Origin: the human T2T-CHM13v2.0 reference genome, Homo sapiens
DNA: 64,000 nucleotides
Strand: one strand, 5' to 3'
NCBI RefSeq assembly: GCF_009914755.1
Contig: NC_060934.1
In this document: one piece after another, positions 12,714 through 26,519 of the stretch
Layout: each line of letters starts with the position of its first letter
How positions within the stretch are numbered: position 1 is the stretch's first letter
Notes under the pieces: generated by a model
Databases searched by the model: none
What the model was told of the DNA's origin: nothing
Seen by the model: the letters and a program-made list of their open reading frames with translations, nothing else
Program-made: the position numbers and the translations under genes

Positions 12714-15649
12714 GTAGTGAATGGATGAACGAACTGTGGAACATGCAGACAATGGAATACGATTCAGCACTGAAAAGAAATGGGCTATCAAGCTGTGCGA
12801 AGACACAGAACACTGAATGCATATGACTAAGTGAAAGAAGCCCACCTGAAAAGCTTACTTCCTATAAGACTCCAACTACGGGACATTCTGATAAAGGCAA
12901 AACTATGGAGACAGTGCAAAGATCAGTAGTCGCCAGGGGTTGGGGGAAGAAAGGGATGAGTAGGCAGAGTGCAGAGGATTTTTAGGGCAGGGAAACAATT
13001 CAGTATGATCAGTATGATGCTATCATGGTGGAGCTATGTCGTTATACATTTGTCCAAACCCACACGATGTACAACACCAAGAACGAGCCTTCAGGTAAAC
13101 TGTCGACTCTGGGTGACAATGAAGTGTCCATGTAGCTTCACCGATTGTAACAAACGCACCATCTGGTAGGGATGTTGATGGCGGAGGAGGCTTGAGAACT
13201 CTGTACTTAGCACTCAATTTAACTATGAACATAAAACTTCTTTAAAACATAAAGTCAATAAAAAAAATCCAGACCCAGAAAAATAGATGGCATTAGTACA
13301 CTTCCTTCAAGTCATATCTATGGAGATCAAAACTGGAATGATACCATGCAAATTCTACAAACGCTGAATTTAAATGCTGAGCAAAGCGGCCCAGGCTGTT
13401 TTCATCTGGAGGTCTGGGCTGCAACCTCTCACTCTCAGACAATAACTACTTAGGAAAATTCGACATCCAGAGGCCTAGGAGCCTCAGGGCCCAACCCCAG
13501 GCCGCCCTAGCCTGTGCGGGTGAACCTTTCACTGGGGTGGGCGGGGAGCGGGGTTGCAAAAGAACCAGGTAAAAGGCAAGGACTGGCGTTTTCCTAAATC
13601 ACAGCCTTCAGCAGCAGCACCCTGATCTGGGCGATGAGGGAACTTACAGCCTCGCCCTCCTCCCCCAGGCAAGTCTGTGGGTGTCCCTGGGCTCTGCTCC
13701 AGGTAACCTGGAGTCAACCAACCTGGGGACAGATTCCCCTTGTCTTTGTATCTCCTCTTCCCGGCCTCATGGCAGAGAGGAAGCAGGCCGCCTGCTGCAG
13801 TCAGAAACACAGCCCTCTCGTCTCTCAGTCCACTCTGAAGTCGCCCAGAGCTGCAGCCCCAGACTCCTCCCCAGCAGGGCTGAGCGATGAGATCAGGAGG
13901 GTCGGGCTGCAGCCTTTGGCTGGTGCATTTCTCTCTCCCCTGCAGGCCCCACTCTCCACAGTTCAAACCACAACTGTTCATTGAAGAACGTGACTTGAGA
14001 AGTTGGCGCCAGGCCTCCCTCCACGCCTGGAAACTGCTGCAGGGCTGGAGAAACGTCTGCTGTCTGACATCACTTACCTTTGCCAACTACAATCACAGGC
14101 CTCGCTGTCCCCACCCCTTAGGCAGACTCTTAGGCAGGTTCTCTTTGTCTTGGGCGATTTCCAGGTGTGAGCTCAGCCCTCTGCTCCCTACCCAAGGTGG
14201 GGGAAGGGAAGGAAAGAAGCCAGGAGGGACTGTCAAGGAGGGGAGGGGGAGGCCGGGAGGGCCAGGGCCTCCCAGGGCAACTCTGATAAAGGGGAACAAG
14301 ACATCAATGGGGCTGACGTAGCCTGCAGGCCTCTCCTGTTTTCTATCACATTGCAAAACTTCACGCGTGCCTCTCTGTGCACCGGGCAGGAGGGTTAGGA
14401 TTAGCAGAATGTCTCTGCCCACTAGGAATATATAATCCAAGACAGGCAGCTCTGAAACAGACAGACCACAGGGAGAGGCCTCGGCAGCTCACACACCACG
14501 CGTACAAATGAATAGATGGTGTGTTATTTTCCATCCATCAAATGCGCATAGATGTGCATTTTATGGGGTGGCAGATGGAACCGAAAGCTCAAAGCAGCCT
14601 TTAAACTTTCCAGCCCCAGCAGGCCCGTGAGTCCCTCGGGTTCTTTGCAGCCTCTGCTGATCCCTGTGGGTAGTACGCTCTTCCAAAACAAAGGAAAATG
14701 ACACATGGGCCTATAAATACACATGCATGCACACCCTAGCTGAGAGCAAGTGGGGAGGGGGCCCGAAAGCCATGAAGCTATGTTCGCCTGCAGCGAAGGA
14801 GCCTGAGACAATCTTTTCCATGATGGAAACTATTTCTTTCATTCTGGCTGGCCCAACATTACACCCAGGTCCTCCAGGGCTGAGTCTCTCCAGAACTTTC
14901 TAATGAGCTTCTTGGTTGCAGTAACAAACAAGTTAACCATTGACTTAACAGGATTTTTACAAAGCAGGAGAAATTTTTTGTTGTTTTGGAAGGTTCTGGA
15001 ATCCGGGCATACTGTGGAGAAATGACACCCTAACTCCGGCAGTGCCCAGCACCTTGAATCTTCTGACCAGCCAGGCCGGCTGTGCCTTTGCTCACTGTGG
15101 TCCCCCTGCCTGCAGGGCTGTGCCTCCCCCTCCCCAACACCCTCTGCCGGGATCCCCTGTACCCCTCCACATGCAGCTGAGCCTTCCCTTTCCCAGGCAG
15201 CCTTCCCTGAGTCCCTGGGGAAGCCCATTCTTTACTTGCTGGGCCCCACCCCATGCTCTGGTCTTAGGTTCCTGCCCCCAACATCAAACACTTCCCAGGT
15301 TGGGTGTTGCCCTCTCTACAAGTCTCCAAGTCTATTGGTCTGTGTGTCCCCCTAAACTACCACTTTGCGTGACACAGAATGTGTTCAAACTTGTTTGCTG
15401 AGTGAGCTGTAAAGACTGACTGATTTCAGCTCTGCATGAGCCAGAGTCCATGGCTCAGCGAACAAGCTGCTCAGGGACTCAGAGCCTCTCAGACCCAGCA
15501 TTCCAGGAGCCAGCCTTCCAGGAGGCCTCAGAGGACCTCACCTCCCAGGATTCACACCCTTCCCACAAGGTGTCAGGGCCAGTAACTTAGAGCAAGGCCA
15601 ACAGAGTAAGATAAAAGGGATAGAATGTGATTTCGGAGGCTACACCATA

Positions 15650-16012
15650 AGAGACAGTTCTGCCTCTGCTTACCCTGTCCAGGACCTCCTGCTCTGGAGG
15701 AAGCCAGTATTCATAAGGACACTTGAGCTCCCCTGCAGAGAGGTCCAAGACAGGAAAAACTGAGGCCTCCCGCAGACAGCCAGCACCCACTGCCTGCTGC
15801 AGGAGGGAGCCCCAGTCGAGCCTTCAGATGATGGAGCCCCAGTCGAGCCTTCAGATGATGCAGCCCCACCTGCTGCTCTCTGGCTGCAGCCTCATGGGAG
15901 ATGTTGAGACAGCCATCCAGCTGAGCAGCCCCCAGAGAAATGTGGGGGAATGCCTGTTTATTGTGCTTTGAAGCCTCGATTTTCATGTAGTCTGTTGTGC
16001 AGCAATGGGTAA
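15650..16012 (+). mobile_element. MLT1-type MaLR LTR fragment containing a perfect 27-bp tandem duplication (15806-15859)
   Basis: 'ccccagtcgagccttcagatga...cagcccc' and the 3' end 'ttgtgcagcaat' resemble MLT1. The duplication is read directly. Confidence 0.6.
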
Positions 16013-18116
16013 GGACTCCAAGTCCTGAAAGTTGGCTGGGTTGTCACCATGGTGTGCACCACTGGGAAAGCCAGGCCAGAAGGAACTCATCAGAGCTCTC
16101 TAATTTGGCCCAAACCAGAGAGAATAAAGAAGCAGCAAATCTCAAGAAAAGGCACCAAGACCTCATCCCCTGAGGCCCAAAACAGAGGAGCAGGCCAAGC
16201 AGGCCACATAAACACTCATCAGGCATTGCTTGCAGTCTGAGGCCTGAGGCCGGCTGCCCTCTGTCCCTGGATCCCATGTCCCAGGGAACACCAGCAAATA
16301 AGCTGACCTTGAATGTCCCCATCTTACTCAACCTTGCTTCATTTCATGGCAGGGGAAACAGACCCAGGAGGGAATCAATGCATCTCTAGCAACAGCTCCT
16401 GGGTGGCTCGGACGTGGGGACAAGCACAGTTCCTCCCTCCAGCTCAGTGTTGGTCACACTGCCACCCCGGCCACACAATGAACAGTGTGGGGCTCAGTCG
16501 CTTTTCCTCCTTTCTCCCTCCACTCCCTCCCTCCTCCTTCCTCTGTCTCTTCTTCCTTCCCCCTCATCTCTCTCACACCAGAATGCTTCTGATCATCCTA
16601 ATCCCCATGCATAACAACAGTGTAGGCTTTGTCAGATGCATGAGCATCATGGTTCAATAGAAACACAGTGAGAGCCACCGCTGATGCACACCCACTGTCT
16701 CACCCAGCCCTGCTCCTGCTCTCCGCAGGGTGCAGGAAAAGAACCGTAAGTGGAGGCCAGCAGCCCACAGTCTGTCCCCTTCCTCCCAACCCAGCTCTGT
16801 CCTGCACGGAGAGGCCTCGCACATGCCCTGCCCTCAACCCCATGTCTGCCCACATACCCTACACCCCACACAGCTAGTCCCACAGTCAGAAGCAAACACA
16901 GGAAGGGAAATCCAGCTCCCCTCAACCCCCGCCAGAAACACATTCTAAAAGTGGGGTGGATGCTCTGGCTGGCATGACCTCATGCCCCAGCAGGCTCTGG
17001 CCTCAGGGGATGTGGGAGGGCTGGAGAGACTCCTGCAGTCTTCACAGTGAGGGCCATCAGGAGCAGAGGCCCAACATCCAGGTCCCAGGAGAGGACTTTT
17101 CCAGGCACCTTAAACACAACCCACTATTTTATTTAATCCTCATGATGATTGAAGGTTTGAGGCTTCAGGGATGTGCTCAAGGTTGCCCGGTGGGCGGCAG
17201 AGCCAGGGGCGGCACACAGCTACGCCTGGTCCCACAGGCAGTCCGGATGCTAAGACTTCCAGGTGCTGAGACCAATGGAGTGGGACAGGCGGCCCGGCCC
17301 ATGCCCACAAGGGAGGAGAGGAGGAGAAGAAAGAGGCTTAGGGTGGAGTCACTGCCGGGCCCTACCATGCCACTCAAGCCTAGAGTCCCAGGACGGCTCA
17401 GGACAGAGGGACCAGAGACAGGGCTCTCAGCCGCGAAAGCAGGCAGCCAGGGTACTGGGGGGATAGTCCAGGCCTAGCACCCCTGGCCCATCCTGCTACT
17501 GATCCACTCTGCTTCAGATCCCGGTTAAGCATGCGTGGGCAACCATGGGGCCGCGGGCAGACAGGTAGGGTCCCCCTCACGGAGGCCCTCCTGGGCTCTC
17601 TCCCGCTGCTGATCTGCAAGGCCCCAGATCGCCAGCCTCCAGGGAGAAACTCCTCCATGGTTTAGCCGTGTGTTTGCTCTAGAAGGGAGAAGCAAGCTCC
17701 CTGGAGGTGACAGAGCAGCAGCATCTCTGGCCCTTCTAGGGCCCTGCTTGGTGCTGCCTTACTTGGAAGGCCCAGAGTTGCATCAGTGGCTGCAGTGACA
17801 AAGCCCAAGGGGACAGTCCAGGAAACTAGCACCCCCATCTGCAGTGTCCACGATGACAGCCACCACCTGCCAGGACACCCTCCTCTGCCTGTGCCTAAGG
17901 CGGCTGGGAGCCAGGGCACGTGTTAGTGGACAGTGGTGAGTGGGTCCCACCAAGCCTGTGCCAGGGAGGACCCATGAGTGTTCGGTGCAAATGTTGGCGG
18001 CGCGGTGGCTGGAAGGAGCCTGTGATCATCACACATTTTTCCCAGTTTTAATTCCATGCATTCCCCATGATGCTGCATTGCTTCCATTTACTAACTTTAT
18101 TTTCATTAATATAAGT

Positions 18117-18528
18117 TGTCAGGCCTCTGAGCCCAAGCTAAGCCATCGTATCCCCTGTGACCTGCACATACAATCCAGATGGCCGGTTCCTGCCTTAACT
18201 GATGACATTCCACCATAAAAGAAGTGAAAATGGCCTGTTCCTGCTTTAACTGATGACATAGTCTTGTGAAATTCCTTCTCCTGGCTCATCCTGGCTCAAA
18301 AGCTCCCCTACTGAGCACCTTGTGACCCCCACTCCTGCCCGCCAGAGAACAAACCCCCTTTGACTGTAATTTTCCTTTACCTACCCAAATCCTATAAAAC
18401 AGCCCCACCCCATCTCCCTTCGCTGACTCTCTTTTCGGACTCAGCCCACCTGCACCCAGGTGAAATAAACAGCCATGTTGCTCACACAAAGCCTGTTTGG
18501 TGGTCTCTTCACATGGACATGCATGAAA
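18117..18528 (+). mobile_element. HERV-H 5' LTR (LTR7)
   Basis: Runs from TGTCAGGCCTCTGAGCCCAAGC to GCATGAAA. Two U3 'ttaactgatgacat' repeats, TATAAAA at 18393-18399 and AATAAA at 18464-18469. Confidence 0.97.
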
Positions 18529-18530
18529 TT

Positions 18531-18548
18531 TGGTGCCGTGACTCGGAT
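18531..18548 (+). other. Primer-binding site complementary to the tRNA-His 3' end
   Basis: TGGTGCCGTGACTCGGAT lies two bases after the 5' LTR. Confidence 0.95.
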
Positions 18549-20117
18549 CAGGGGACCTCCCTTTTGGGAGATCAATCCCCTGTCCTCCTGCTCTTTGCTC
18601 CGTGAGAAAGATCCACCTACGACCTCAGGTCTAGACCAACCAGCCCAAGAAACATCTCACCAATTTCAAATCCAGTAAGCAGCCTCTTTTTACTCTCTTC
18701 TCCAACCTCCCTCACTATCCCTCAACCTCTTTCTCTTTTCAATCTTGGCACCACACTTCAATCTCTTCCTTCTCTTAATTTCAATTCCTTTCATTTTCTG
18801 TTAGAGACAAAGGAGACACATTTTATCCGTGGACCCAAAACTCCGGCGCTGGTCACGGACTGGGAAGGCAGCCTTCCCTTGGTGTTTAATCATTGCAGGG
18901 ATGCCTCTCTGATAATTCACCCACGTTTCAGAGGTGTCTGACCACACGGGGATGCCTGCCTTGGTCCTTCACCCTTAGTGGCAAGTCCCGCTTTTCTGGG
19001 GGAGGGGCAAGAACCTCAACCCGTTCTCTCTGTGTCTCTACCCCTTCTCCACTTTTCTGGGGGAGGGGCAAGAACCCCTCAACCCCTTCTCCTTCACCCT
19101 TAGTGGCAAGTCCCGCTTTTCTAGGGGCCAAGAACCCCCAATCCCTTATTTCCACACCCCAACCTCTTATCTCTGTGCCCCGATCCCTTATTTCTGTGCC
19201 CCAACCCCCATCTCTGTGCCCCAACCCCTTATTTCCATGCCCCAACCTCTTATCTCTGCGCCCCAACCACTTATTTCCGTGCCCTGACCCCTTTCCCGCT
19301 TTTCTAGAGGGTAAGAACCCCCAAACCCCTTCCCTCCGTGTCTCTACTCTCCCTTTTCTTTAAATTTGCCTCCTTCACTATAGGCAAACTTCCACCCTCC
19401 ATTCCTCCTTCTTCTCCCTTAGCCTGTGTTCTTAAGAACTTAAAACCTCTTCAACTCTCGCCTGACCTAAAATCTAAGTGTCTTATTTTCTTCTACAACA
19501 CTGCTTAGCCCCAATACAAACTTGACAATGGCTCTGAATAGCCAGAAAACGGCACTTTCATTTTTTCCATCCTACAAAGTCTAAATAATTCTTGTCGTAA
19601 AATGAGCAAATGGTCTGAGGTGCCTGACGTCCAGGCATTCTTTTACACATCAGTCCCTCCCTAGCCTCTGTTCCCAACGCAACTGGTCCCAAATCTTCCT
19701 TCTTTCCTTCCCGCCTCTCCCCTCAGTCCCAACCCCAAGCATTGCTGAGTCTTTCTAATCTTCCTTTTCTACAGACCCATCTGACCTCTCTCCTCCTAGC
19801 CAGGGCAAGCTAGGTCCCAATTCTTCCTCAGCCTCCGCTCCTCCGCCCGATAATCCTTTTATCACCTCCCCTCCTCACACCCGGTCTGACTTACAGTTTC
19901 TTTCTGTGACTAGCCCTCCCCCACCTGCCCAGCAATTTCCTCTTAAAAAGGTGGCTGGAGCTAAAGGCATAGTCAAGGTTAATGCTCCTTTTTCTTTATC
20001 CGACCTCTCCCAAATCAGTTAGTGTTTAGGCTCTTTTTCATCAAATATAAAAAACCCAGCCCAGTTCATGGCTCATTTGGCAACAACCCTGAGACGCTTT
20101 ACAGCCCTAGACCCTGA

Positions 20118-20438
<321 letters not shown>

Positions 20439-20605
20439 TTCTTATTCTCAATACACATTTTATTTTATTACCCAGTCTGCTCCCGACATTAAATAAAGCT
20501 CCAAAAATTAAATTCCGGCCCTCAAACCCCACAAAAGGACTTCATTAACCTAGCCTTCAAGTGTACAATAGAGTAGAGGCAGCCAAGTAGCAACATATTT
20601 CTGAG

Positions 20606-20835
20606 TTGCAATTCCTTGCCTCCACTGTGAGACAAATGCCAGCCACATCTCCAGCACACAAGAACTTCCAAACACCTAAACCGCAGTGGCCAGGTGTTCC
20701 TCCAGGCCCGCCTCCCCCAGGAGCTTGCTACAAGTGCCAGAAATCTGGCCACCAGGCCAAGGAATGCCCACAGCCCAGGATTCCTCCTAAGCCACATCCC
20801 ATCTGTGCAGGACCCCACTGAAAATCAGACTGTTC
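20606..20835 (+). pseudogene. HERV-H gag nucleocapsid remnant
   Basis: Intact CCHC knuckle CYKCQKSGHQAKEC (20726-20767). The second knuckle is broken (HPICAGPH*KSDC). Confidence 0.9.
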
Positions 20836-20984
20836 AACTCACGGGGCAACCACTCCCAGAGCCCCTGGAACTCTGGCCCAAGGCTGTCTGACTGACTTCT
20901 TCTCAGATCTTCTCGGCTTAGCAGCTGAAGACTGACACTGCCCGATCACCTCAGAAGCCTACAAGACCATCACAGACACTCTAG

Positions 20985-23370
20985 GTGACTCTCAAAGTGG
21001 AGGGTAAGTCCGTCCCCTTCTTAGTCAAAATGGAGGCTACCCACTCCACATTACCTTCTTTTCAAAGGCCTGTTTCCCTTGCCTCCATAACTGTTGTGGA
21101 TATTGACGGCCAGGCTTCTAAACCTCTTAAAACTCCCCAACTCTGGTGCCAACTTAGACAATACTCTTTTAAGCACTCCTTTTTAGTTATCCCCACCTGC
21201 CCAGTTCCCTTATTAGGCTGAGACACTTTAACTAAATTATCTGCTTCCCTGACTATTCCTGGACTACAGCTATGTCTCATTGCCGCCCTTCTTCCCAATC
21301 CAAAGCCTCCTTTGTGTCCTCCTCTTGTATCCCCCCACCTTAACCCACAAGTATAAGATATCTCTACTCCCTCCTTGGCGACCGGTCATGCACCCCTTAC
21401 CATCTCATTAAAACCTAATCACCCTTACCCTGCTCATTGACAATATCCCATCCCACAGCACGCTTTAAAAGGATTAAAGCCTGTTATCACTCACCTGCTA
21501 CAGCATGGCCTTTTAAAGCCTATAAACTCTCCTTACAATTCTCCCATTTTACCTGTCCTAGAACCAGACAAGCCTTACAGGTTAGTTCAGGATCTGCACC
21601 TTATCAACCAAATTGTTTTGCCTATCCACCCCGTGGTGCCAAACCCTTATACTCTCCTATCCTCAATACCTCCCTCCACAACCCATTATTCTGTTCTAGA
21701 TCTCAAACATGCTTTCTTTACTATTCCTTTGCACCCTTCATCCCAGCCTCTCTTTGCTTTCACTTGGACTGACCCTGACACCCATCAGGCTCAGCAAATT
21801 ACCTGGGCTGTACTGCCGCAAAGCTTCACAGACAGCCCCCATTACTTCAGTCAAGCCCAAATTTCTTCCTCATCTCTTACCTATTTTGGTGTAATTCTCA
21901 TAAAAACACACATGCTCTCCCTGCTGATCATGTCCAGCTGATCTCTCAGACCCCAACCCCTTCTACAAAACAACAACTCCTTTCCTTCCTAAGCATGGTT
22001 AGATACTTTCGACTTTAGATACCTGGTTTTGCTATCCTAACAAAACCATTATATAAACTCACAAAAGGAAACCTAGCTGACCCCATAGATCCTAAATCCT
22101 TTCCCCACTCCTCTTTCTGTTCCTTGAAGACAGCTTTAGAGACTGACCCCACCCTAGCTCTCCATGACTCATCCCAACCTTTTTCATGACACACAGCCGA
22201 AGTGCAGGGCTGTGCAGTCAGAATTCTTACACAAGGACTGGGATTGCGTCCTGTAGCCTTTTTGTCCAAACAACTTGACCTTACTGTTTTAGGCTGGCCA
22301 TCATGTCTCCGTGCAGCAGCTGCTGCCACTCTAATACTTTAGAGGCCCTCAAAATCACAAACTATGCTCAACTCACTCTCTACAGTTCTCATAACTTCCA
22401 AAATCTATTTTCTTCCTCACACTTGACCCATATACTTTCTGCTGTCCGGCTCCTTCAGCTGTACTCACTCTTTGTTAAGTCTCCCACAATTACCATTGTT
22501 CCTGGCCCGGACTTCAATCCGGACCCCCACATTATTCCTGGTACCACACCTGACCCCTATGACTGTATCTCTCTGATCCACCTGACATTCGCCCCATTTC
22601 CCCCTATTTCCTTCTTTCCTGTTCCTCACCCTGATCACACTTGGTTTATTGATGGCGGTTCCACCAGGCCTAATCGCCACACACCAGCAAAGGCAGGCTA
22701 TGCTATAGTACAAGCCACTAGCCCGCCTCTTAGAACCTCTCATTTCCTTTCCATCGTGGAAATCTATCCTCAAGGAAATAACTTCTCAGTGTTCCATCTG
22801 CTATTCTACTACTCCTCAGGGATTATTCAGGCCCCCTCCCTTCCCTACACATCAAGCTCAGGGATTTGCCCCTGCCCAGGACTGGCAAATTGGCTTTACT
22901 CAACATGCCCTGAGTCAGAGAACTAGAATACCTCTTAGTCTAGGTTGACACTTTCACTGGATAGGTACAGGCCTTTCCTACAAGGTCTGAGAAGGCCACC
23001 ACCATCATTTCTTCCGTTCTGTCAGACAATTCTCGGTTTAGCCTTCCCACCTCTATACAGTCTGATAGCAGACCAGCCTTTATTAGTCAAATCAGCCAAG
23101 CAGTTTTTCAGGCTCTTAGTATCCAGTGAAACCTTTATATCCCTTACGGTCCTCAGTCTTCAGGAAAGGTAGAGCAGACTAATAATCTTTTAAAAACACA
23201 CCTCACCAAGCTCAGCCACCAACTTATAAAGGACTGGACAATACTTTTACCACTTTCCCTTCTCAGAATTCAGGTCTGTCCTCAGAATGCTACAGGGTAC
23301 AGCCCATTTGAGCTCCTGTATGGACGCTCCTTTTTATTAGGCCCCAGTCTCATTCCAGACACCAGACCAA
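20985..23370 (+). pseudogene. HERV-H pro-pol remnant (frameshifts, stops, deletions)
   Basis: Protease VEGKSVPFLVKMEATHS (DTG motif lost). RT motifs VLDLKHAFFTIPL and WAVLPQSFTDSP with no YxDD after them. RNase H WFIDGGS...AGYAIV. Integrase fragments further 3'. Confidence 0.9.
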
Positions 23371-23950
23371 CTTAGACTGTGCCCCCAAAAAAACTTGTCA
23401 TCCCTACTATCTTCTGTCTAGTCATACTCCTATTCACCGTTCTCAACTACTCATACATGCCCTGCTCTTGTTTACACTGCTGGTTTACACTGTTTCTCCA
23501 AGCCATCACAGCTGATATCTCCTGGTGCTATCCCCATACTGCCACTCTTAACTCTTCAAGTAAATAAATAATCTTCGCTGGCAGGACTATGCTGAATCTC
23601 CTTAGGCACTCTCTAATGAAATGTCCTAGGTCCTCCCAATCCTTAGACCTTTAATACCTGTTTTTCTCCTTTTCTTATTCCATTTTTCAATTCATCCAAA
23701 ACTGTATCCAGGCCATCACCAATAATTCTAAATGACAAATGTTTCTTCTAACAACCCTACAATATCACCCCTTACCACAAAATCTTCCTTCAGCTTAATC
23801 TTTGCTACTCTAGTTTCCCACGCCGCCCCTAATCCCGCTCGAAGCAGCCCTGAGTAACATCGCCCATAATCTCTCCATGCCATCCCCCAAAATTTTCGCC
23901 GTCCCAACACTTTTCATTTTATTTTTCTTATTACTATAAGAAGACAGGAA

Positions 23951-24360
23951 TGTCAGGCCTCTGAGCCCAAGCTAAGCCATCATATCCCCTGTGACCTGCA
24001 CGTACAATCCAGATGGCCGGTTCCTGCCTTAACTGATGACATTCCACCACAAAAGAAGTGAAATGGCCTGTTCCTGCTTTAACTGATGACATTGTCTTGT
24101 GAAATTCCTTCTCTTGGCTCATCCTGGCTCAAAAGCTCCCCCACTGAGCACCTTGCGACCCCCACTCCTGCCCGCCAGAGAACAACCCCCTTTGACTGTA
24201 ATTTTCCTTTTCCTACCCAAATCCTACAAAACAGCCCCACCCCATCTCCCTTCGCTGACTCTCTTTTCGGACTCAGCCCACCTGCACCCAGGTGAAATAA
24301 ACAGCCTTGTTGCTCACACAAAGCCTGTTTGGTGGTCTCTTTACACGGACGCGCATGAAA
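23951..24360 (+). mobile_element. HERV-H 3' LTR (LTR7)
   Basis: About 96% identical to the 5' LTR (14 substitutions and 2 single-base indels by my manual alignment). AATAAA at 24296-24301. The TATA position reads TACAAAA (24225-24231). Confidence 0.97.
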
Positions 24361-26519
24361 TAAATAAGCTCCTGTTCTCCGTTTCTGCATCACAAAAAAA
24401 TGGCCAGAGAGATGTTTTCCCTGAGTTTCAGGGTCGGGCTGGAATGGTCTGACCTGAACTCGCTGGCTGGGTATTTTTGAAATCTACTCTGGGAAGCTTG
24501 GAGGGCATTAGCAGACATCTCAAAGAGATGGGCCGTGACCCTCCGCAGCTGAGCACCCCAGTCCCTCACCAAGTGACTGGGATGGAGACATGAGGATTAC
24601 ATGTCAAGGTGCCGTGGACAGAGATAGCAAATGGGGGCTTCAAATATCAGCCCCCAGTCAGAAGCTGCAACCCCAGTGCTCTGCTCAGAGCGGCTGTGAT
24701 CCAGCTCCGACACCCACGGGGTGAAGTCATGGGGATTAACTGACTTAACTGTGCTGAGCAGTTCTCCCAGGAAAGGCCGGGAGGCTGCTCATCTTAAGTC
24801 CGTGTTCCAGATCTGAATTTAGGAATAAATTCATACTCAGAATTTTTGAAAACCTCTAGCAAAATGAATTTATACTAACCCATAACCACTTCTCTCTGGG
24901 TCCTTCTCATGTGACCTGATTTTTTTTAAGTGTTTCACTGCTGAAATGTTTGAAGTCCATGGAAATGGTAAATAGCATAACCAAAATGAAAGGAATTTAC
25001 ACGGATTTAAGAAAAGTTTCTCAGCTGCTCAGCTAACACCATGAGAGAAGGTATCAGCTGCTGGGACTGAAATATTTAAGCCAAGATGCCATCTCCCTGC
25101 ACACTGGCGTGCGCGGCTGCCTGCAGGCTCTCCCTCTCCCACGTCCGTATCTCAGGTACCCCCTCATCCACGTGCCCCATTGACAAAGAGACGCTCTGTC
25201 CTTAGACGTGTTAATTTACTCAGCTAAGCACAGGCCTGGAAAACTGTCCAGTGAGCGAGTCCTGCCATCTGAGGATCCTTAGTCTCTAAGGACAGTCATT
25301 GCTCCCTTGTCCATCTGTCCTTTGGACCCCTCTGGGGAGCTCGTGCACCTCACCAAAGTCCCAGGTTCAAGTCCCAACCTGTGAGGCTCTGTGATCTTCT
25401 GCAGGTATCACCTGGTGGTCCCCAGGGGACCCCTAAACTCAGCTACCCCCTGCCCTGGGCCTGGGCAGGGCCTCCGCCGCCCCGCCCTGGGGGCCAGTCC
25501 TTGCTGCAGTCTCTGCAGAGAGGGCTCCACCAGAGCCAGAGTCACCTCTCAGCCGCTACGCTCCTGGCCTCTGTATGCAGGAAGCATACCCGGGCAGTAA
25601 GATGCAGAGAGAAAGGACCAGCCTTGGGAAAATCACTTGCCTTCCTGCACCCCCACATGAGACTTCTGTCTAGAGAGACTTCTGGGGCATAAAGGGGCTT
25701 CCAGAAGTGACTTAGTCCAAGCCCCTGCAGAGCCCACGCAGGTTTACCACATGACCTTCCTGGGCGTCTACCCTGAATTCCTCCTGGACTTGTTTAAGTT
25801 TATCTCCGTTCTCCAGCTGTCCTAGACCACAAGGCCACTGAGTGCTCTCTCTTCTTTCCTTACCTCAGGACAGACGGCACCCACCTCTTCTAGTCTCCCT
25901 GCTCCTCTGCCTCCCTTTGGGTAGGCTGGAAATCTATGGGTCATGGACAAAACATGGCCCCCGCTCTTTTCTTGATAAGCAAAAGCAGTTTTGAGGCCTC
26001 AAAGAATTTTTGAAAACCTCTAGCAAAATGAATCACAAGATTTGGAAGCTGTATCTTCAGAAAGTCCGTTTTGTGGCTGGGGCCAGGTTTTTGCCTCTGG
26101 CATGGGTTGGGGGCTGTCCCCGGGACTTGATCAAGGGGTGGGAGGTAAGCGGTGCTGTGTCCTCTCCCAGGGGAGCCTCCTCACCAGGAGGTGTTGAGGA
26201 GCCAGGGCAGGGGGGCCGCCTGGCCTGCAGGACCAGAGCTAGGCCGCCGAGGGCCTCTCTCCCTCCACCTGCGACTGTCTATGGCCTCGGCTCCCCTGGA
26301 GCTGGGCAAGAGCCATCCATGAGAGCGTCTGGGTCGGTTAAGGTCCCTTTCTGTACCCTCGCGATTCTCCTCTGAGGCCTATGTCTCTGTCCGTCTCCTC
26401 CAGCCCCCTCACACCCTGGCTGCACTGCGTCCTTCTCTCCTGGAGGCCCCTGGCTGAGCCCCCCGCCGTGGTCTTGGCCTCTTCTCCAGGAACATGAGAG
26501 GCTGGGATTACATCGCGTT

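Larger units (their letters stand above)
11460..13267 (+). mobile_element. L1 ORF2 end and 3' UTR (L1MC1/2-like), interrupted by an Alu and a MaLR LTR
   Basis: L1 ORF2 C-terminal remnants ([17 protein letters not shown]; CTQMFIAALFILAKTWKEP) and an L1MC-type 3' UTR ending in an A tract near 13260. Confidence 0.85.

Noticed and set aside
20606-23570. Functional HERV-H Gag, Pol or Env protein
   Set aside because: There is an Alu in gag, the protease DTG is lost, RT YxDD is absent, there are multiple stops and frameshifts, and env is largely deleted.
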